Below, piece after piece: positions 53,156 to 64,000 of a stretch of 64,000 nucleotides of DNA. The stretch is from contig OX597816.1 of NCBI GenBank assembly GCA_951406725.2, positions 13,640,001 through 13,704,000 of the forward strand, written 5' to 3'. This DNA comes from Octopus vulgaris. Lineage: Eukaryota. Made by a program: the position numbers and the translations under genes. The notes under the pieces were generated by a model. The model had not been told where the DNA came from. It searched no databases and was given only the letters and a program-made list of their open reading frames with translations. Each line of letters starts with the position of its first letter. Within the stretch, counting starts at the first letter, position 1.

Positions 53156-53442
53156 CAAAATAAGCAACAAGGATATCCAGAGGTAATGCAGTATGATCGT
53201 TTCATGCAACTCCACTTAGTCGCATGAAATGATCGTACTGCATTACCTTTGGATATCTTTGTTGCTTATTTTGATTATAATCACCCCATTTTGAATTATA
53301 TGGATAATACCATACTAAATTCTGGTGCCTTTAACTTAAGTACCATATTCACCTGAATCTAAATTTTACTGAGCTTATATACATATATATAAATATATAC
53401 ATATATATATATCTGTAAATGTAATATGTGACAATTATTCAG

Positions 53443-53516
53443 TAGCCATGATAAAACTCTGAGTTTCGGATGCCGAGGTGGAAACCCACGCCACCATCTC
53501 TTCAGTTATCTGGCCA
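53443..53516 (-). ncRNA. Type I hammerhead ribozyme motif, near-intact
   Basis: Minus strand: UGGCCA GAUAA CUGAAGA GAUG...GUGG GUUU CCAC...CAUC C GAA ACUC A GAGU U UUAUC A UGGCUA. Bulged 11-bp stem I, full core, quasi-palindromic stem III, GUU triplet. Confidence 0.72.
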
Positions 53517-53726
53517 TCGGAAAAATGCTATGAAAAATACTGTTATACAAATGGAAATTACTGTGTGATTGACCATTATTAAGACAAAAGAGCTATTAGA
53601 ATGACCGCCAAGTGAGGGGAGGGAGGAAAATAAGGGGGTAAAACTGTTCATAGTATTCACATAAGCGCGAACATGCACACCTGCACACCCACGTATATGT
53701 ACCTATAAGTATACACTCATCCACCC

Positions 53727-53763
<37 letters not shown>

Positions 53764-53805
53764 TTAACTTCCATTGACCATGCTGGCATGGATTGGATAG
53801 TGTTG

Positions 53806-53973
53806 AAAGGAACTCAGTCACTTTGCCTCCATGAGGCCCAACACATGAAAGGAATTAAGCCCTTTTGCCTCTATGAGGCCCAGTACTCAAAATGACCTCA
53901 GCCACTTTGCATCTGTGAGGCCCACTGCTCGAAAGGACCTCAACCCCTTTGCTTCCATGAGGACCAACACTCA
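53806..53973 (+). repeat. 4 x 42-bp degenerate tandem repeat
   Basis: Unit about AAAGGAACTCAGCCACTTTGCCTCCATGAGGCCCAACACTCA. Confidence 0.85.
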
Positions 53974-54480
53974 CAGGCAACAACAGTGAAGCAAGCAACG
54001 TGTATGTATGTATGCATTTATATGAAGAGCTTCTTTCAGTTTCCGTCTACCAAATCCACTCACAGGGCTTTGGTCAGCCGCAGGCTGTAATAGAAGACAC
54101 TTGGATGTGATTTGAAGGGACTTGGTTGTTATTTCCAGCAGGTCAAACAACCACATACAGGCACCATTTTTAACTCTTCATCATTAGAAGTCCTTCGGTA
54201 AAGCAAGAAAGAAGAAGGATAACACCATAAATTAGAATACAAAATTACATTTACTGGAATATTGCTTACAGACGAGTGCCTGGTATTTCAATAGTTTTAA
54301 TACTAAAATTTACAATAGAATACAAACAAGATAAGGCAAATTCTAATAGCATTAGCTATTTATCACATTTTTCACATTGCTTCAACTTCCACTGTTATGC
54401 TGAATATAATATATATATGTGTGTGTGTGTATGTGTGCTGTAATGTTAGCTAAGTGAATTACAACATTCGTAATGGACCA

Positions 54481-54530
<50 letters not shown>

Positions 54531-54767
54531 TGATGATGATGCTGTTAATAACAACAGAAGCAGAAGTGTAAAACAAGCATTAAATCTAACAATATGAGTT
54601 TCATTCTGCACAAAGATGTCAGACTTGCTGATGTTTAGTATTTCAAGTGAACAGCCGACAAAAGAAATAACTGGAATTAAAAGTAAAAAAAAAAGAGATA
54701 TAGATATTTTACATTTGTCAACGTCAGAGAGCATTTGTTTAAGTTTTATTGTGCTTTACGTTTGGGC

Positions 54768-55362
54768 GAGTGAGAATGATTGAGTTAAAATGATTGAGCG
54801 ACAGTGATTGAGTGAAAATGATTGCATAAGAATAATTGAGTGAGAATGATTGAGTGAGAATGATTGAGTGAGAATGATTGAGTGAAAATGATTGTATAAG
54901 AATGATTGAGTGAGAATGATTGCATGAGCATGATTGAGTGAGAATGATTGACTGAAAATGATTGAGTAATAATGATTGAGCGAAAATAATCGAGTGAGAA
55001 TGACTGAGTGAAAATAATTGAGTGAGAATGATTGAGTGAAAAAGACTGAGTGAGAATGAGTGAATGAGAATGAGTGAGTGAGTGAGAAAGATTGAGTGAA
55101 AATGATTGAGTGAGTATGATTGAGTGAAAATGATTCAGTAAAAATGATTGCATGAGAATGGTTGAGTGAAAATGATTGAGTGATAATGATTGAGTGAAAA
55201 TGATTTAGTAAAATGACTGAGTGAAAATGATTGCATGAGAATGATTGAGTGAAAACGATTGAAAGATAATGCTTGTGTGATAATAATTGAGTGAAATGAT
55301 TGCATGAGAATGATTGAGTTAAAGTGGTTGAGAACAATTGACATAAAATGATTGAGTGAAAA
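54768..55362 (+). repeat. Minisatellite, 14-bp unit TGAGTGA(G/A)AATGAT, about 40 degenerate copies
   Basis: Visible 14-nt period; explains the TQSFSLNHSHSII pseudo-ORFs. Confidence 0.93.
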
Positions 55363-56202
55363 TCCACATAGTTTCTGAAACAGAGTATGGACATTGATAA
55401 ATTTACTTAAAGGGCCATTCATAGGGAGCTCTTCTGAACATCCAACTTTGTGTCAAAGTAGCTAATGTTAGAATTGACAGAATTCAATGTAATACAGTAA
55501 TATAGATCTGAAAACTTTGGATACGTGATTGATAAAATTTAAATTAAAGAATCCATTAGAAATATGAAAAAAAAAACAAAGACTACGGAAGTTTGAAAGC
55601 TGGATCTAAAGTCTAATATGAAAGAGTTGAAAGACAACATATAGAAGACCGTAATATGTTTAGAGTCATCCCTTTCAATGATTAAAGGCAACAGGGATAT
55701 TGGTAAGTCTATAAAATATGAAAAGAGCATATAAAATCTCTTTTACATTTATTTATCCATGATATAAGCATAGAATAAAATGATCTTTTATTATTTTATT
55801 GCTAGTTGGCTTTTATGGCTCATATCCCTGATCGATACACAAATCTCCAAACATCCCTGATCTTTTCCGCACGTCTAAATGCTGCTTTTACCAAACTATG
55901 ATCACCTCTGCTTTTATTGCATTGCCTGGCCTAAACAAACACCCCCTCACACACTCCACTACTCACTAACCCCCACCACCACACATATCCATACACTGCA
56001 TCAGTATTCCCTAATCAACTGCAAGCAGCTCAATACTCCTACGCGCTTCTCAAAATCTATGGTACTTCAGCTAAATGTTTGGTGATCCACCAGTTTTAAC
56101 CCTTCAGCGTTTCAACTTCTCTGTCAAATGCATTGCCTATATAATTCACATTGTTTTGAATTAATCGCACATTATCTTGTAGCTTCAAGATTTCAATGGT
56201 GT

Positions 56203-56431
56203 ACTCTTTTACTCTTTTACTTGTTTCAGTCATTTGATTGTGTCCATGCTGGAGCACCGCCTTGAGTCGAGCAAATCGACCCCCAGGACTTATTCTTTGT
56301 AAGCCTAGTACTTATTCTATCAGTCTCTTTTGCTGAACCGCTAAGTTACGAGGACGTAAACACACCAGCATTGGTTGTCAAGCGATGTTGGGGGGACAAA
56401 CACAGACACACAAACATACACACACACACAC

Positions 56432-56480
<49 letters not shown>

Positions 56481-56645
56481 TATAACGGGCTTCTTTCAGT
56501 TTCTGTCTACCAAATTCACTCACAAGGCTTTGGTTGGCCCGAGGCTATAGTAGAAGACAATTGCTCAAGGTGTCACACAGTGGGACTGAACCCGGAGCCA
56601 TGTGGTTCGTAAACAAGCTACTTACCACACAGCCACTCCTATGCC
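56203..56645 (-). mobile_element. SINE family A, full length
   Basis: Reverse complement of family A. Confidence 0.88.
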
Positions 56646-56983
56646 TATTGTGGATTCTGTACAGCCATATCGAAATAGAAACATGTTCTAAATCATCCCC
56701 CCAGTATCCATCATCTGGTGGAAGTTTGATAAAAACAACATCATTGCACTTATTATCATCAGCGAAGATTTGAATTGTGCATTTGAATGAAATTTTTCTA
56801 ACCAAGCTACTTGCCTACACACTTCATGTTTCTCAACTTTAGGCTTGCTTTCTTTCAGATGACACTGACAGAAGTCCCTCTGTGACCTCCACCTCCTCTA
56901 ATCTAATGTAGTCCAAGTTTCACTGTGACCCTTACATTCTTTCTTTCTTCTATAATAATAAGTACAAGCAATAACAGGTAATA

Positions 56984-57346
56984 GGCACAGGAGTGGCTGT
57001 GTAGTAAGTAGCTTCCTTACCAACCACATGGTTCTGGGTTCAGTCCCACTGCATGGCACCTTGGGCAAGTGAGTGGATTTGGTAGACGGAAACTGAAAGA
57101 AGCCTGTCGTATATATGTATATGTATATATGTGTGTGTGTGTGTTTATGTGTCTGTGTTTGTACCCCCAACATCACTTGACAAACAATGCTGGTGTGTTT
57201 ACATCCCCATAACTTAGCAGTTCGGCAAAAGAGACCAATAGAATAAGTATTTGGCTTACAAAGGATAAGTCCTGACGTCGATTTGCTTGACTAAAGGTGG
57301 TGCTCCAGCATGGCCAGAGTCAAATGACTGAAACAAGTAAAAGAGT
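56984..57346 (+). mobile_element. SINE family A (small internal deletion)
   Basis: Head-to-head with 56203-56645. Confidence 0.85.
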
Positions 57347-57404
57347 AAGTACAGGCATGGCCAATGAATTCTGTCTAACCCATGCCAGCACTGAAAGATG
57401 AACA

Positions 57405-58337
57405 TCAATCTTTTAGCTTTCAGATTACTAGCACAAATTTAATGCGTATTTATTCATTGTTTTGAATTTATCATGCATTATCTCATAATTTTGAAATTTA
57501 GATGATGTGATTGTATATTTTTATCATAACAATGTTGGGTAGGTGTGAGATGCCAGATCACGCCAGTTCAAACATAAAACTGAGAGAACATCTGGGCTGG
57601 ATCTGGCCAGTTTAAACATAAAACTGGTAGAACATCTGGGCTGGATTTGGCCAGTTTAAACATAAAACTGGTAGGACATCTGGGCTGGATCTGGCCAGTT
57701 TAAGCATAAAACTGGTAGGACATCTGGACTAGATCTGGCCAGTTTAAACATAAAACTGGTAGAACATCTGGTCTGGATCTGGCCAGTTTAAGCATAAAAC
57801 TGGTAGGACATCTGGACTAGATCTGGCCAGTTTAAACATAAAACTGGTAGAACATCTGGGCTGGATCTGGCCAGATTAAACATAAAACTGGTAGAACAAA
57901 CATCTGGGCTGGATCTGGCCAGTTTAAACATAAAACTGGTAGAACATCTGGGCTGGATCTGGCCAGTTTAAGCATAAAACTGGTAGGACATCTGGACTAG
58001 ATCTGGCCAGTTTAAACATAAAACTGGTAGAACATCTGGGCTGGATCTGGCCAGTTTAAGCATAAAACTGGTAGGACATCTGGACTAGATCTGGCCAGTT
58101 TAAACATAAAACTGGTAGAACATCTGGGCTGGATCTGGCCAGTTTAAACATAAAACTGGTAGAACATTTGGGCTGGATCTGGCCAGTATAAACATAAAAC
58201 TGGTAGAACATCTGGGCTGGATCTGGCCAGTTTAAACATAAAACTGGTAGAGCATCTGGGCTGGATCTGGCCAGTATAAACATAAAACTGGTAGAGCATC
58301 TGGGTTGGATCTGGCCAGTTTAATGCTAAATGATTAA
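57405..58337. mobile_element. Diverged piggyBac-type MITE carrying an internal 44-bp tandem array
   Basis: Ends AATCTTTTAGC.../...GCTAAATGATTAA. The 5' part is homologous to TTAACCC-starting fragments at about 31582-31660 and 56097-56200. Confidence 0.65.
57567..58318 (+). repeat. Minisatellite, 17 x 44 bp
   Basis: Unit TTTAAACATAAAACTGGTAGAACATCTGGGCTGGATCTGGCCAG; a variant unit (AAGC, GGAC, GACTAG) occurs at copies 4, 6, 10 and 12. Confidence 0.97.
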
Positions 58338-59213
58338 AACAAAGATGCTGACAACAATAATGGGTTGCATAATACAGGTACAGCTTAGAAAGGCAGTTTT
58401 TGAAGTCAATACATCCTGTTTTCCACTGACCCATGCATCAGATGCAGTTATAAAGTGCAGCAATTGACTTGCAAAAGATAAATTGCAAGAGACAAATAAA
58501 TATCTACTGGATAAACAACATAACCTTCAGATATGAAATAAATGCTATTTCTGATAATTATAACTGCCTTCTTGAAAATACTTGAATTATCAGTTGTTAT
58601 TGAAACAAAAAAAAAAAAAAAAGAAAAGCAAGAAATCCAGGTTTGTAAAAATAATATATGTTGGGTATACAATGGAAAGAAAGCTATCTTTTATGAAATT
58701 TAAAATAGAAAATATTTCCTGGTATCAAGGGAACGACATTTCACAAAATTTAATCAAATACAAAAGAGGGAAAATATTTAAATTCATAGTAGTATGTAAA
58801 TGGAAGTGAAATATATATAAGAAGAATGAAATATATTCTTCCTATATTTTGGGAGTTTTTTGGCAAATTATTTTTGTTGGTAGGAACAGAAATTTCCATG
58901 TTCATCTTTCCATATTCTCAATACAGAAAGTTTAACAGAAAAAAAAAAATATAATAAAATAGAAATAATTTTAATTTTATATATGTTAGATGACTTTATG
59001 AATTCAAAATAGAATCATGATATTACGGAAAAATAGACGGGAACACATTCAGAAAATATTTTAAAACATGAATAAAGAATGCAAAAGAACGCTATTGAAA
59101 TGGATACAAGTCATTTGAAAAATATTTCGACACAAGTTCCATGTAGAAATCTGTAAAATCTGTATAATGGTGAATACATATATTTATTGTATGGTGTGAA
59201 TAAGATATGTATG

Positions 59214-59340
<127 letters not shown>

Positions 59341-59392
59341 ATTTGTATATATATATGTATGTATATACATACATTTATATATATGTATATAC

Positions 59393-59444
<52 letters not shown>

Positions 59445-59462
59445 GTGTGTGTGTGTATTATG

Positions 59463-59502
<40 letters not shown>

Positions 59503-59514
59503 CATATATATATG

Positions 59515-59552
<38 letters not shown>

Positions 59553-60962
59553 CAAGGAGAGAGAGAGAGAGAAATACAAACAGAAAGAAGCCAATTGTGC
59601 CGTGAATAGGTAGGTAGGTGTGAGTGTGTGTTAGTGTGTGTGTGTGTGTGTGAGTGAGTGTGTTAGTGTTTCTTCATCTTGACATTACGCAATAGTTGTA
59701 AAAATGAGTTTGACTGTCACACAAAGGTGCCATCATCCATTTTCAATCGTCTTCCAGGGAAATGTTACGTGGCTTGGAAGCAAGTGTGGTTTAGCAACAG
59801 GAAGGGCATCCGACCCAACAAAATCTACCTCAATGATTTCTATCTGATCCATGAAAGAAGGGAAATGAGAACATTATGATGATGATGATGATGATGATGA
59901 TGATACTCACTAAGACTTCCATCTTGGCTAAGTGGTTAGAGTGTTCTGCTCATGATTGTAACACTGTAAGTTCGATTCCTGGAGGTACATTGTGTCCTTC
60001 AGCAAGACACTCTATTTCACATTGCTCCAGTCCACACAAATGTGTTGTAAAAATCAAAGGGTCAGGCTTGTTACATACTGTGTCATGCTCACTCTCCCTG
60101 AGAACTACATTAAGGTTACAGTTAATGGTCAAGTGACAATGGAGTACTCAGCCACTTGACCATTAAATTCTGTTGCTTATATCAACTGGAATCCTCATCA
60201 TTGTAACCAATGGAGTACCAGTGATCTTTGCTAGATTTACTTTCAGACATTGTTTCTACATTATTTACATTATTTACATTTGACGGATATTTGTCCTCAT
60301 CTTGTTTGTTGTTAACACAATGTTTCGGCTGATGTACTCTCCATTGTTATTGTTGTTGTTGTTGCTGTTGTTATATAAAATACTACAATTAGCCGTCATT
60401 TTTGACGGCACAGAGTCAGCTGGTAGTACAATAATGCTGATAGATGTTATAAAATAAAAAAAAAAGGTGCTTTCACATGAGTACACACATAGATACATAC
60501 ACACACACACATGGCTGTATGTACGGACACATCAAATGCTTATAAACATGACAGCATATAGGAATATAGCATATTCATCATCATCACCACCATCACCACC
60601 ATCATCATCATCAACCTTAGTACATTACTGTCTTGAGCCCCAGGACTCATAAGACCAGTTACTCAGTTTCCATAGTGTACAAGTGATCCAGATCAGGATG
60701 CTCCCCACTGAACAGCTGTCACTCCATCACAGGGTCACTCATTTCACAGCTGACCAAACTGGAGCAACATGAAATGAAGTATTTTACTCAAGAACACGAT
60801 GCACTGCCCAGTCCAGGATTCGAAACCATGAATTTACAATCATGAGTGCAACACTATAACCACTAAGCCACATACCTAGTGGTTAAACCGAATATTGCAG
60901 TGTGCATAAAGAGGTTTCCAGAAGTCAATGGAATTCCCACCGTGAAGAAATACACACTTATA

Positions 60963-61384
60963 GACGTAGGTGTGGCTGTGTGGTAAAAAGTTAGCTACAC
61001 AACTACCTGATTCCAGGTTCAGTCCCACTGTGTGGCACCTTGGACAAGTGTCTGCTACTATAGCCCCAGGTCGACCAAAGCCTTGTGAGTGGATTTGGTA
61101 AGCGGAAACTTAAAGAAGTCCATTGTATATATGTATATATACATACATATATATATATATAATGTATGTATGTATGTGTCTGTGTTTGTCTCCCCAACAT
61201 CTCTTGACAACCAATGCTGGTGTGTTTACGTCCCCGTAACTTAGCGGTTCGCCAACAGAGACCGATAGAATAACTACTAGGCCTACAATGAATAAGTCCT
61301 GGGTCGATTTTCTCGACTAAAGGCAGTACTCCAGCATGGCCACAGTCAAATGACTGAAACAAGTAAAAGAGTAAAAGAGAGAGT
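60963..61384 (+). mobile_element. SINE family A
   Basis: Same head and tail. Confidence 0.82.
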
Positions 61385-61399
61385 ATATATATTTACATT

Positions 61400-61470
<71 letters not shown>

Positions 61471-61500
61471 GTATGTATGTATATACATATATATATATGC

Positions 61501-61554
<54 letters not shown>

Positions 61555-62382
61555 ATTTCTGAATATATCAACATCATGAATAAATTGCTAAATGCGTTTG
61601 TAAATGCATACATCTCCATAAATAATGATGGCAAAATGATAATAATACGCAAAACTGACATTTTCCACAATCTATACCAGAAAGGATATAATTTAAAAAA
61701 CATTAACAAAAAAAAAACGTGAATGCGTTTATTTAAAAATTCTAAATTAAAATTCCTGCAATAACTACGGTTTTAATAAATACATCCAGTTAACAGATTG
61801 CAATTTAATAACCTCAGAAAGAATATGCATTTATCTTATGGTATGCAAAGCATAAATACATTTTATTCTTTGTGCCATATGATAATGTGTGCATGAGATA
61901 ACAAATGCCATCAAGCAATTTATGAAATAATTTTCAACAAGAGACAAGCTTTTTCAATATATCTTCCTTTCTCTTCTAATGCTGCCTCTAACGAAGAACA
62001 ATGAGTGTGTGATAATGAAGAGAATGCTTAAAAGAGGTACATTATCATCCATGAAGTCATAGGCTGTGACAAAAGAACTTCAACAAATTAAAATCAATTC
62101 CGGATTCGTTAATTAATTAACTAAACGACGAATTATTTAACTGATTGATATTCTTTTATTCTTTTACTCGTTCGCCAGCCTCGTCTGGCACCTGTGTCGG
62201 TGGCACATAAAATCACCCACTACACTCTCGGAGTGGTTGGCGTTAGGAAGGGCATCCAGCTGTAGAAACACTGCCAGATCTGACTGGCCTGGTGCAGCCT
62301 TCGGGCTCCCCAGACCCCAGTTGAACCGTCCAACCCATGCTAGCATGGAAAACGGACGCTAAATGATGATGATGATGATGAT

Positions 62383-63027
62383 GTTTCAGTCATTTGACTC
62401 TTGCCATGCTGGAGCAGAACATTTAGTCAGGCAAATCAATCCCAGGACTTATTCTTTGTAAGCCTAGTGCTTATTTTCTCGGTCTCTTTTGCTGAACCGC
62501 TAAGTTACGGGGACGTAAACACACCGCCATCGGTTGTCAAGCGATGCTGGAGGGATAAACACAGACACACAAACATACACACACAAACCAGCGCCGCCTG
62601 ACTGGCATCTTTGCTGGTGACACATAAAAGCACCAACCGATCATAGCTGTTTGCCAGCCCCCTCTGGCCCCTAAGCAGGTGGAACGTAAAAAACACCCAC
62701 TACACTCACGGAGTGGTTGGCGTTAGGAAGGGCATCAAGCTGTAGAAACACTGCCAGATCAGACTGGACCCTGATGCAGCTTCCTGGCTTCCCAGACCTC
62801 AGTCGAACCATCCAACCCATGCTAGCATGGAAAACGGATGTTAAACGATGATTTTGATGATACATATATATGACGGGCTTCTTTCAGTGTCCGTCTACCA
62901 AATCCACTCACAAGGCTTTGATCGGACCGAGGCTATAGTAGAAGACACCCATGGTGCCACACAGTGGGACTGAACCCAGAGCCATGTGGTTCATAAGCAA
63001 GCTACTTACCACACAGCCACTCCTACA
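62383..63027 (-). mobile_element. SINE family A interrupted by a family B copy
   Basis: Tail 62383-62590 and head about 62870-63027, with a family B insert between them. Confidence 0.78.
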
Positions 63028-63498
63028 CATATCCTATTATAATTAAGTGAAATACAACTAGTAATTATGTGTTTTCTGTGCAGGATGATGCTCCACTACA
63101 TACAGCAAATTAATTCAGAGCTTACAGCTTTTCTACCCTGACTATGTATTCTCATATTTACCCATTGTCATAGGTGCATTAGGTTACGTACCAACAAATT
63201 TGCACGGAAACCTAGAAGTACTTGGTTTTACAGAGAAAGAGCAAAAGAACCTGATGCTGATCCAATCTATTTGTGGCACAATGAAGAGCTGTGAGACATT
63301 CCCAAAATTCTCCTTCTCAGATTCTAATGTGAATAGATACATCAACATTTGAAACCACACACCAACTCAATCACACGTCTAAAACACTGGGAATTTTCTT
63401 GACTCAGAAATTCTTGTCGTTTGGTTATCAACTGGTTTGAACCCTATCAAGAAGAACGTAAATTAAACTCAAAGAAAAATCATACACGCATACACATT

Positions 63499-63582
<84 letters not shown>

Positions 63583-63834
63583 TAAATGAAAGAATGGAAT
63601 TGAACGAAGATGTTAACAAAATTCCTTTACTCTCGACACATGTTTCGAAGACAGCATATTTTTATTCGATTCCATTCTTTCATTTATTCATATAAAACAC
63701 ACAAATTTCTACACAAGAACCCGGAGTTTCTACCCTTGACAGGTCGCTTCAACCCTGTTTTCTGACGTGAATTTGCTACCCAGGTTTCGGTTAAACGAAT
63801 TTTCCATGCTAGGATAATTCATTCACCTACTTAA

Positions 63835-63958
<124 letters not shown>

Positions 63959-64000
63959 TAGATGTTGGACCTGGTGTTGCTCATGTTTCCTGTGTTGAAG

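Noticed and set aside
54756-55422. Repetitive 212-aa ORF
   Set aside because: Reading of the 14-bp minisatellite.
56650-56805. ORF segment VVFIKLPPDDGYWGDD, vaguely like a piggyBac transposase N-terminus
   Set aside because: Too short, no catalytic motifs, and the ORF runs into a SINE.
57567-58318. CRISPR-like array with palindromic repeats
   Set aside because: Units are contiguous with no unique spacers, there are no cas genes, and the context is eukaryotic; it is a minisatellite.

Overview
Eukaryotic, AT-rich, microsatellite-saturated DNA. The SINE/LINE/MITE families look like those of a coleoid cephalopod (Octopus; recognised from memory, not searched). The only well-supported gene is the 3' end of IFT122 (intraflagellar transport complex A) on the minus strand: five phase-compatible exons (37312-37201, 33395-33264, 26409-26333, 4227-4060, 1542-1459) giving 190 aa plus a stop. 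I found no further upstream exon, so the rest of the window is probably intron. One intron (33263-26410) has U12 minor-spliceosome signals (GTATCCTTT donor, TTCCTTATC branch-like site). The introns hold tRNA-derived SINEs, RTE/CR1/R4-Dong LINE ends, a deleted mariner, hAT- and piggyBac-type MITEs and Helitron-like elements. The least expected signal is a dense set of type I hammerhead ribozyme motifs with palindromic stem III in several unrelated Penelope-like/retrozyme-like repeats. These include a 497-bp tandem unit with one hammerhead per copy and a tRNA-headed SINE-like element with a hammerhead tail. A perfect 117-bp inverted repeat brackets one IFT122 exon, and there is a candidate nested antisense exon. 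Nearly all ORFs in the supplied track are microsatellite or SINE artefacts.
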